In this document: piece after piece, positions 36,692-48,600 of the stretch
How positions within the stretch are numbered: the first letter of the stretch is position 1
How the letters are laid out: each line of letters starts with the position of its first letter
Assembly: GCA_963924565.1 (NCBI GenBank)
Contig: OZ004610.1
Coordinates: 32,426,001 to 32,490,000 of the forward strand
Direction: 5' to 3'
DNA from: Ascidiella aspersa
Lineage: Eukaryota
Length of the DNA: 64,000 nt
Made by a program: the position numbers and the translations under genes
Notes under the pieces: model-generated
What the model was told of the DNA's origin: nothing
The model's database searches: none
The model's input: only the letters and a program-made list of their open reading frames with translations

Positions 36692-39600
36692 CTGAAAAAT
36701 ATAACCGAAAGTTTAAAAACTGTTTTAATATTAGTGAACCCCTAAATATGTTCTCTTTGTGGCTCCTTATCAGTTAAAAAAATTAAAAGCAACTTGAAAC
36801 ATCGTTATATAGCGGCGTATAAACTATTCGTTCTTTTTAATGATTTTGTGTCACCTTTTTATCGTTTTATACATTTATTTATTGATGAATTTCGGAGTCT
36901 TTGTTTTACTTTGAAAACATCAATTCAAGTTTTAAGTTGCCAAACCACTTGATGGTATCACATATATACTCTAAACTATAAAGCGGCTTTGTAACATCTT
37001 TAGGAACATTTAAGTTTTTTTTAATGTTCGGTTTGTGTTTCTCGCGCCCAACTCCCAGATAATAGTACACTGTTGGGTAAATGCGCAAGTGGCAATTATT
37101 TCATTTTTTACCGTTCCATTTGGGCTAAAGGTATCGATTTTATGGAAATCACTTATTTGTTGGCAAATTGGAATCGATGAATGACGTTTAAAAATCACCC
37201 GACTGTGAGATTGAAAACCTATTGCTAATTGACAGAAATGATACCGCTCTGACTTTTTGATATAAAGTTGCCTTAGCACTATGCTTAAATAGGTATATGC
37301 TAGAGTTCGGCTGTGTAGGTTTATTTAAAAAAAAAAGTAAACGTATTGCTTGTAGAGTTTGACAATATGCTTTTCATACGCATAAGTTTCAAATTACAAA
37401 TGCCAATGTTCCGCTTAATTTTCATGTGTCTCTGACAGTATAGGTTTCTACCAAACGTTTTTAGCCCTGGCTGTAGCCTACGACATAAATAGTTTGACGT
37501 AGAATGAATATCAAAGGCAGATGTTGACAAATAATGAAAAATTTCCAAACGTTCAAAATATGCTACCTGCTACTGTATGGATACTAATTCATTCTACATC
37601 TTAAGTATTTTTTATTCTTAAAAAAAATGGGATTAACAAATTTCTCACCTAATTTGTTTTCTACCGAACGAAATTACGTTTTCAGTCGTGATTCTGTCTT
37701 TCAGCATGAGCTTGCTTTCACGATAACAGTTTTCCAGTATCGTGGCGTAGAAATTCACAAAAACCTTCGTGAAAATCGTGAAAAAAGCGAGCAAATAGAA
37801 TCCACCCTGACTCGGATATTGATTCAGTAAATCAGAAGATGTAAATGCCTCCATTGAGAATCCTAAAACCTGGAAAAAAGTGTTGATGGGAATATTTTGA
37901 TGTAATAGATGCCGAAGACATTTTTTGGTTAAATTTAAATTAATATATCCTACCGTCAATAAAAGATGCACACACATAGGTGTACAACAGCTGTTATCCA
38001 GCCCTTCTGAAGTTGTTGTTTGACCAACAATTACGGCTTACATTATCATAGTCACCGTAAGTCTTCAACAGACTAACCGAATCAGTCGATTAATTAGGGA
38101 TATTCATGCAAGCAAGGCTAGTTGTTTTTCAAGCCTGGCTTTTGCATGAGAAATCCTTATTGATCGATTAAATCGGGGAGTTTGTCTAAGACTTACGTGT
38201 AGGCCTATATCTTACTGTACAATAAAAACAATGCTGTAAAATATGATGCTTTAGATTTTTAAAATTTAGATCAGTTGTCCGACCGGGATACCGCGGAACC
38301 CTTTTTGAATAGTCAGTGGTGCCTAGACTTATTTAAAAATCTTTGAAAATCTTACTGTTGCTCTATCGGTAAGCCACTTGAAACAACTTTGTGTACGATT
38401 AGAGTGCAATAAGTCATTTGATTAATTTCCTATGCTTGGAGTTCATTGCGCTTTTCTATTTACATTGATAGTGACATTAAACGGTAAACCACCTTGCAAA
38501 AATACCAGTAGGGTTGCCGCAATCTTATTATTATTTCTGAGGAGTGCCGTAAGCCATTAAAGGTTGAGAAACACTGATTTAGAAAGTAAACAAAACTTGA
38601 TTTAATATGCCTTTGATTAGAACAAAATTAAGATATACAATTTTGAACCACCATTTAAAATGTATTAACCTAAATTAGAGTTTGCTAAAATCGCACTCAG
38701 GGAATTTTTACACATTGACGGTACTATATAGTACTATTATTCTATTGATACTCTACCTTAGGTAGAATCACATGGGAACTGTAAAACTTGCGACTCAATT
38801 GAGTTAATTTGGTTAGTGTTTCTCATGAATTGCCAAATTCTCCCAAGGGTCAACTAAAAGGCCGTAGCCTATTCGGCCAAATGGAAACGATAGATCAAAA
38901 CTACACAGGTTGGACACTAGATCAATGTTGGTGCTTTAAAATGTAGCAACATGAAGATAAATCCATACGATGACAATACAATAGGATTTTTTTAATGGCT
39001 CAAATTAATGCAGCACCGCGTTAGGTCAATTAGCCCAACTTTGGTGATTTTAAAGTTGGGGAAAATAAAGACATACACAACATGCAGTCAATTCGATATT
39101 TTAGTATGCTGTTAATGGTTGCCTTAGGGCTCTTACTGTTGGGTGGAATGCGATTGGTTCGTAATTGTGTTACTTACAGACTGCATCGTCCGAACGTTCG
39201 TGCTGAAATCCACAGTGTCTGAGAACAGAATGACTCCTGAAATAGTGAACAACAATTAAATATTCCTGTTTGATAAAAATAGGTATTCCAGGCAACACGC
39301 AGATTAACATACTAGGTATTTAAGTGTTAGTTCACAATGCTATTTTGACTCCTCAAAACTGACAAATTATTTTTTTACTCCACTTAAAAACACTTAGATG
39401 TATAGAGTAATTATATATGCAGTACAATTTCTATCGATTTTGCTCATTGGCGATAATAATTGCGTTATTGGGCATCGGATAGGTAACCCTGCGTGTTCCC
39501 TTAAATATCGTTTATAGCAGCGTTTGTTAAACCACCGAACGCGACCAAAAACATGGTCGCCGTTTAGTTTGGTTGGATCACCAACTGCTGTAGTTTTATA

Positions 39601-42600
39601 CGGTTTAAATTAAATAAGAGTAGTTTTATGATGTTAGATTCAATAAGATTTAATAAGATCAGTAGATTTCTCTAAGACGTGAAGAAATTGCGGAAGCGAT
39701 ACGAAGACATTTCGCTGATTATTTTAAAAAAATGTGACGTCATAAAGTTCTATCTAAACGTGACGTCATATAGTTTTAGTTACAAAATTTATTTTCGAGG
39801 ATGCGATGAAACGAAAGACGCTTTTTATTATTTTTTTTTAACCTAATATTTGCTATTTTTCTTATGATTTCGCTGGTTAGAAAAGTTCAGTTAAAATAAT
39901 TGGGTCGCCAAAGATTCACTGTTATACTTACGCTTAATATTTGGGTCGCCGAGAAAAAAGGTTGAGAAACACTGACTTAAAGGTATTGGAGTTAAATACA
40001 AAGTATCAGACTATAAGCAGTAATGTTAAAGCTTACCGACGTGGCAAAAGGCGCAGTAGAGAAAGAGCATGTATGCCGAGTGGCCGAACACTTCCAGTGC
40101 AGTTCGTCGCAAGGTGTGGTGCATCAGCACGAACTGCGTGTGGCCTTCGAGGATCTAAAAAATAGAATTGAAGTTGAAAGTTGCGTGTGACCTAGAGTTT
40201 AGAATCTTATGTAAGAGCTAAGTTCATTTTGCCAATAATTGGCCCTGAAGAGTCGGTTAATTTTTGTTAGTAAGTGAGGTAAACCATTTTAAATTGTAAG
40301 CGAAATTTTAAATTGTGTAAAAACCGATATTACTTGGTGTGGAGCCTAGTGAAAACAACTATGTTTGTAAAAGCTACAAATTTAAATTCACCTTTACGTT
40401 GTAGAGCACGTTACGACAATTTTTGTTTGTTTATTTTGTTAACAATCCCTGTATAAGCAACTTGAAATAAATTGACCTTAACTGTGTAGAGCATTGTGAA
40501 GAACACGCAGCCGGAGAGGAGACATCTTGTGATGTAATCGAACTTCGCAGCCGCGTGGAAGAGTTCAAATGTTCGGTGTGGGTGAGATTGGAAGTAGGCT
40601 TGCAAGGCGTGGTCTGTGTATGATGCTCTGCGTTACAAAGTGAGTAGGTGAATTCAAGCTACCTTTTCTTACAGTTTTGATTGTATGTTTACAGTTACAC
40701 CAGGTTTTCCAACCTTTTATGGCTTGTGGCACCCCTCGGAAATAATAAATAGATTGTAGCGCCCTTACAATCGCGGATCTAGAAATTTTGTTTGAGATAT
40801 TACGTCACAAAGTTTCGTCAAATGTGACGTCACAAAGTTTCGTCAAAATGTGACGTCATAAAGTTCTATCTATACGTGACGTCATAAAAAGGAACCTTAT
40901 AAACAATACATCGTTTGTTTAGTTTGATCTTCAATACAAAATCTACAACGATGTTTTAGGTTCGAGCATATAGCAAAACGCCTTCATATCGTTTAAGTTG
41001 CAAACTTTATTTTCGAGGATACGATGAAACGAAAGGCGCCTTGGGGCTATGACACTTTTATTAAAATGGGCTAAGAAAATTTGCATTTATATTTTTTGGG
41101 GGGCATGGCCCACAAACACGGAGACGAAGACATGAATAATATGGAAAGCCAAATCAATATGCTATTGATGGTTCACTTTAGGGCTCTTATTAAGTTTAAA
41201 TCCAAGCATTTACCTATCCCGGTTGAAAATCTGCGTATCCATGAGCTACACTTTCACAAGAAGGGTTACAACGTGAACTTAAAACAGATGTGAAAATCTC
41301 GCCATGCTACAAGCACTTGCTGAAGAAGCTAAACGTTATCGCTAATATATATTGCACGAGCAGCGTTAAGTGCCATTCACCCTGACGAAGGCGGCTTACA
41401 TAGGTTGACAAAACGTTCGTAAAGAATTACAATTCTCAGAGGAGCTGTTTTTTTTTGATTAACATATACTACACTTGATTATGTGGAAATATATAACGCT
41501 ATGTTGTAAGCTACCTGGTAAGATACATCGCCACAGCCGCTACTGACGTCATCAACGTGGTGACGTGTATGATGTTCCACACGCTGTGAAAGAACTCGTG
41601 TCGTTCCTCAACGATTTTGTTCGATATCTCGGTCAGGTTGTAGAAAACCATCGCGAGGATTAGATAGAGCGATATGTTCACAATAACGTCGGCTGTGGAT
41701 CTAAATGCGAAAAAAATACTTTGCTCACGGTCGATAAGTCCGACAGGAGTGTTTCAAATCCTCATGACATCTGGCAAATATCTTAAAAAAGTCAAAAAGG
41801 TCGGGTAGATCGGCATCATCTTTTCTAAGATTTATTTTTTTAAGGTTAATGTATTTAACTGAAGATGGTACAAGCTCGTATCGAAACGTCTTAACCAAGG
41901 CTTTTTTACATCAAAATTCAAACTTAAGCTATCTTAAAAGAACTTTCGTACAATTTATGTAAATTATTTTCATTATTGCTCGCGGAGTTCCGTCTTATTC
42001 CTTCAATCAATGTTTAATTTCAATAGGGTAAACTAGAAAGAATGGCCTTTCTTTGCTATAGTGCTCCAAACAAAAATTTTAAACAAGAAAAAGGAAAATT
42101 TTGAGCCTTATTAAAAATCAAGCCCATGAGGTGATAAAAAAGTTTTTTGTGACTAGTTTATTTCTCACATTTAGGCATAAAATAGAGAGATGACCGTTTA
42201 TTGCTAAAGTACTCCTCACAAAAATATTCTATAATTTTATAAAGAACAAAGTTTTAACTTTTAAGCCAGTGGTCGGCAACCTTTTTCTAGTCGCGGGCCA
42301 CAACCAAACTTAGAAGGTCTTTGTGGGCCGCACAAAATGTTAACTAAGAATTGTGTTATTAAAATGTTAGAACAACTGTAAATCAGGCGGGGTTGGATAT
42401 TTTTTGCACTTAAAACGTGTTAATTACTTTTACAGAGGCAGTAAAGTGTTGACGCAAAGCGCGAAAAAAAGGTTTGTTTGGTTTAAAATTCGAGTTCACA
42501 TTTTCGTCATCCATACTACCAGTAAAAGTGTATTAGAAATAATTTTAGGAAACGCGATAACATTTAAAGTTAATCCTAGCTTAGTGTTTGTTAACCGTTT

Positions 42601-45600
42601 GAAGTCAAGGCGCACCAGGCGAGGAAAGCGAGCGCGATTTTTTGGGGGGGCTATACCAGTATTTATTTTAATTTTTCGCAAGTTTTATTACATTGCCGAA
42701 AATAAAAAAAAATGTAAAAAAATATATGTCCAATGTTTTTTAATTTGTTTTCCGTTTTTGCGCGACGCACTTGGCAGCCTTCTACGGCGCAAACCAAACG
42801 TAGAAGAAACATAATTTTTTGCAATTACGTAGTTAAAATAGTCAAAAAGTATGTGAAATAGACTCGTGTCTAATTTGTCAAAGAAGCGGCGGGATCCGGC
42901 CCGCGGGCCGTAGGTTGCCGACCCCTGTTTTAAGCCAATGAACGGAGATAACACAAGTTGTATAAGCCTGTTGGTAGTTTATTAGCCTTGCTACAGTTTT
43001 GTTTACTCCTTACGCTTACTGTATGTGATGACTTCTCATCAATGATAGGTTTATCCTCTTGTAAACCCTCCCAATGTTGTTTACCTCAATAGCGATGTTC
43101 ACCACTGCGTAGTTTCGATACACTGCGTTGTACACAACAGCCTCCATCATTACAAGCCTACACATACATTATAAAAATGTCATCAAAATACACTATGTAA
43201 GTAAAATAAAAAAACAAAATCCAATATTTTAAATGTGCTATGATAATTAATTTACGTCTCATATTAACTGATGATGATACAAGCTCGTTTTGTAACGTCT
43301 TAAGAATTTTGAAAATTTATGTTCAAAAGTTGTTTTTTTTTCATAAAAATACATTTCAAAGTGACGTCATCGTTTTTGTGATGGCGTCATCAAAAAAATT
43401 TTTTCACGTAACTTGCAGAAAAACTCAAGAGGAACAAGCCAGAGAAACTTATTGGCTATCTTCTAAGAATTTTGCAGGAAAAGTCATAAAGCAGCACCCG
43501 ATCAAAACTTGAGATTTAGCGAAAAAGAATTCAGCAGTTAAAGGGTTAAGCAAGTTGGTGTCGATCTACTCGACCTTTTTGTTTTTCAAATTTATTATCG
43601 AGCTACAATACAGGTTCGTGCATAGTGTACTAAAATTGACAAAATACATTATATAAATAAAATAAATGAATCAAAACCAAATAATTTAAATGGGACATAG
43701 CTTTGTCGTTTTCACAAACATTTTTCGGGAAATTCATTTCGATCCAATATTACCGGACAATTTTCGTACGCCGGTATTTTCTCTATTTAGGAACAAATTG
43801 CATTATTGATATCATGGAGTCTATTAAAACATTGACCTGATATAAATTATATAAGGGGTTCTTCTGACAAATATGTATTCAGTGCCGACGTTTCGATTAC
43901 CTATACGAGTATACGGGTAATCTTTTTCAGTGCAATAAACTTGTAACTTTACAGAAAGGTATAAATATATATACAGTCAGTCAAAAGACGAAAAACCAAG
44001 ATGGCAGAACGAGGCGAAAAAGGAAAACAAGGCGCGAATAACGGGACTTGATATAAGTTGTATAATTGACTAAAACGGTAGTGTTAATTAAATTAGAAGA
44101 ACTGTGCCTCAAGTTAACTTAGAAATTGCATTTAAAGATGACTTCAGTCCAAAAGATCATTTTACTCTTAATTTATAAATAGGCCACGACTGCGATCTTT
44201 CTGCAATCAGTTCTTCGAAAGAACTTTGGTTAGCCGGTGTTTAACGAATAACACGAGCAACATGACTTACCTGGTGTACTTGTCCACCCAGTTGTTGTGC
44301 TTCAGTGCTTCTGTTTGCTTGGTTATGTCCGCTTTTTGTTTGGGTAGCGTGAAGTAGTAACCACCTGCGTTGTAAGTCGCGTATTCACCGATAAATTCGT
44401 TGAACCAGGCAGTTGCAACACTTGTATAGTTCCAAGCACTTCGACATAAAACAAATAAGTACGATAGGTTTGGTGCAACTGGTCTTTCGTTAACAAAAAT
44501 TTGATGATTGCACAATGAGGATGTAAGCCATATTACACATAAAGGTTGTTATTATTTTGATTGAAAAGACATTGGTTTTTGGCCTTGTAATTATGGGAAT
44601 GGTTATTATCGAAATCAGTCGACCAACTAAGGATTGTAGTGTAGTCAAGGCCAGGCTTGGCGGTGAGGTTCGAGCTTGAAACTCATAATAATCTTATCAT
44701 TTTAGGAGCAATGCTTATGTGTAATCAAAGCGGTTAAGAGTTTTAATGCCGCAGTTTACAAATGTTTGTCCACCAATAAAAAATAGATCAAGGTTTTTGT
44801 GTGTTTCACATGTACGAAACGCCCGAGAAAACATTGAAAATACCTTGTAGCGACGTCGTCAAACGAGCTTTGCAGTCCCACGGTCGACCAGCCAGGTTGG
44901 TATTCGCCTATATCCTGTGCGTTGTTTGTGTACGCAATCGTGCATTCTCTCCAAAAGTCCATGTTCACTTGCTTGAGGGTGGACGCGTGTGGACAGGGGA
45001 GACCTAAATTCCAACCGCAAAACCGTTGTGGTAAAATGGCTAGACTGGAGACTCTTTAGAGGTTAGAGTCAATACAAATCCTACGCAGAAGTTGGTATAG
45101 CGTTTGGGGCCTTATTATTTATTTGTACGCTTTGCTGAACATTAATCATTTTAAGTTTATGTTGATAGGAATTTGGTCATGCTGAAAATGACAAGGGCTT
45201 TAATTGAAACGTTTGCTACTTCAATTTGTCTACCTATTCTTCATTTACATAGATAGAATAAATGTTAGGCAAGATAAACTATTTTTTGTTACGCTTTGCT
45301 GAACGAGTATTTTATTCTAAGTTTTGAGTTTGTTATTTTAGACTAAAGCACATTATTTAAATGGCTGGAGTAAATTTAGAAAAAAAAAATCCCTTTCTTT
45401 GTTTTGCTAACATATTACTTTTCAACATCAATAGGTCAAAAAAGTTATTGCATCGTAAATCCTTTCTGAAATTTCCCTTTAAGGTGAAATACAAATCTGT
45501 TTTTAAAAGTGTTAATACACAGTATGTAAGTCGAAAGATGTTTGCTGACAATTCAGCCCTGAAAGTAATAACAATACGCCAATTTGAGGTCTATTGTGGC

Positions 45601-48600
45601 TCTTTCTAATTTACCTCCAACCACTCTTTTCTGTCTCAGCCGAGGCCATCCAATAAACACGATTTGTTCGTCGGTGAAGAACTCCTTGTGTTCGCGCGTC
45701 ATTGTTTCAGCTAATGTCGTCATCGTCCAAGTGTACACGTCATCGCGTGACGAAATCTGACCGAACAAATACATGTTAGTGAGAGGTACACAAAAAAACA
45801 TAACGACAAAAGTCCACGCTCCTAAGTACAAATCTAACATTCTGGGTGATAAAGGTGGCGTGTTAAGAAAGATTAGTCAGTGGCTTATATTGTATGTTGA
45901 AAAATGAATAAAGAGTTGTTGAAACGTTTCCAATGATACCTACTTTTGTATGGGCTTTGATATTCATTCTACGTCTTACTACAACCTCCAGCCACTATCT
46001 TAAGATTTATTTGAAACTTCCTAAATGCTAGCTACTTTTGTATGGACTTTATTCTCTCACTACAGTCTCCAACCATTAAGGGGCGCTGTATTGCTACCTT
46101 GAATCACAACATAAAGACAAAAGTCCAGTCCATGCTATGAACGAATCTTACTATCTCTGTGAAAAGTTGTTCTGTATAGGTGGCTTATTGTTGTTGAAAA
46201 ATGAGTGAAGAGTTATTCGAAACGTTCAAATTGATTTCTACTTTTGTGTATTACTACTACTTTGCTCTCGTGCTTTCTATACGTTCGTATTTTATTCCTA
46301 CATTGACCTAATGAACCACCGATGTGCAAAAGTTTGTAAACACCGATGTGCGAAAGTTTTTTTGTATGTTCGTACGACAATAAGTTTATACAATTTTCAA
46401 ACTTTTATCTTTTTGTTAGTATTATGTGTTATGTTCAAGGACAAGATTCTGTTGTTAAAAAATATACCAAGTCTATGTTCATACATAATTATTATTTTAA
46501 CAGTGCAACCTTAATGGAAAAAGTTGCCAAAGATGCCAATGCCTGCCGCCGAAAGTCCTTATGCTTACCTGATTCAAGCCATCTCTAAACATAATGTCCA
46601 GAGTGTGACCAAAGTGATACAATCTTGTGCCCCGTTGACCAAAAGATGCCACAAGCAGTAGGATAAGGTAGATTATGTGAACTGACAGTTTCTGAAATCA
46701 CAAAAAAATGAATTTTGTTCTCGTGTTGTTCACGCACTTCCGTGTTGTCCTAACTAAATATTTCACCCAAAACAGCTTCTCATTCGGAATTATTGTCGTC
46801 CTTTTATTGCAAAGACAGGCCTAGCCTATATATTTCTGTAAACGCTTAACTTTTTATTTAGGGGTTGGCAACCTACGGCCAGTGGGCCGGTTCCAGAATT
46901 TTTGGACATTTTAACTCTGCCAATTTAAACCAAACAAACACACTTTTAAAAAACACAATGTAAAATAACAAACTTGCTAGTAAAAATTTACAACGGCCAA
47001 AAATTACTTAGATAAGTTTGTTTTAGAAATATAGCACTTTAAGCCGTTTTTTCACCTCCGCGCACCATACATAGTTCTCAATATCTGTTTATTTATATAA
47101 ACTTATTTCAGTCCTAAAACTACCTTAATTCTTCTTTTAACCTTTCTTTCCTTTTGTCTTACAAGTTCTCCCTTATGTATGAGCTCTTCAGTAGGTGGGA
47201 GATAAGACTGGTCTGTCTTACGCATTCTATTTTGCCTCATTTGTTCCTTAATGGGGTGATTATACACAGGAGTGGACTCTGCTATTGAATCTATACTCGA
47301 AGTATGTATATAGCTGATGTTAGTTTGTGGAAATAAATAGCTGATGTTAGTTTGTGAAAAATAGCTGATTTTAGTTTGTGAAAAAAGCTGATGTTATCTT
47401 GTGAAGAAACTAATGCGCTCGGGTATAAATGTTACAAACAAGTAAACAATTTCATCTCATTCTGCAAAGCTGTGAATGCACTTGGTCTTACTCTTATCTG
47501 TTTCTATTTACTTTAAAAACGGTGTCAATTTTAGTTTGTTTTTTTTTTGCTGAAAAACTAATCTACAATTAAGTCGACCTGACGAAAACACTGATTGATG
47601 TTCGTAACCTGAATAAAATCCACAGGGCGCCAACCAATCTGACAACTGTGACTTCCCGTCGTAAAGAGCCGCTGCAAATGCAAGGATGACAGCTTTCGCT
47701 GTTTCCAGAAAAAATAACTGCTCCAAGATGCCAGATATCACAGAGACAAACCTGAAATAATGAAAAAAGTTCTTTGGAAGCGTCGTTACCAAACATTTAT
47801 TTGTATATGCCCTTAAGAACCCCACAAACCCAACTGTTTTATGAAATATACAATAACACTGCTAAGTTGTTCATTATCACCTACGGTTCGTTCACGTTAT
47901 AACAATATTAAACATGTTTATCACATTTCATCTAAAATCCAAAGGTTATGGACGTTATAAAATTACTACTATACCTTAAACGACGTAAGCGTAAACTAAA
48001 ACCAAACTTTTCAAAAACAAAAGACTTATTCCGTTTTTAAAGTGAGACAGTACCATATTGAACATTCTAATATTTTTCACTTAAAAAATCCCAATATAAT
48101 GTAGCATAACCGACGTTATAAATTTATCACCTACGTTAAACAACATACAATAAACTAAAATTTATCAATAACTTAAAAAAAATGATTTTTTGCGTATTAT
48201 GAGTTGAGACAATTCTTTGCGTATAATGAGTTTGAGAAAAAAGCTTATTTGCCTATAATGAGTTGAGATGTACAATTGCACATCATTTCAGCAAACCAAC
48301 CATTCTGTTCCCATTTCTGGCCCTTCTCTTATTCCAAGCAATATACAAAAAACGATAGAAGTGACGATAAGTGCTGAGGTAAGACACCATCCAAGCAGAC
48401 TAAGAAGTATGTGGAAAAGTGTATTGCCTTTCTTCATAGCACCACCGCTATTCTTCTGCAGAATATACATTGACGAAGAGGATCTGTATGGAATAAAGAA
48501 GGTATGGAAGTTGTTGCGTTTCTTTTAAAAATTGTGAGTTATAAATATGCAAACTCAAACTACTTCAGTCACTGCTGCTGGGAGGTTTGTGTTTTATGTG

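Noticed and set aside
38757-38853. Possible extra polycystin exon after exon 32
   Set aside because: It runs into a stop without a good donor, and exon 32 joins 37869 in phase to give the expected pore and S6 sequence.
42404-42954. ORFs of 136, 61 and 88 aa as a transposase
   Set aside because: They are low-complexity translations of a non-autonomous MITE interior with no transposase motifs.
47579-47610. CTGACGAA..GTAAC hammerhead-like string
   Set aside because: It lacks GAAA and lies antisense at the end of polycystin exon 22; probably chance.
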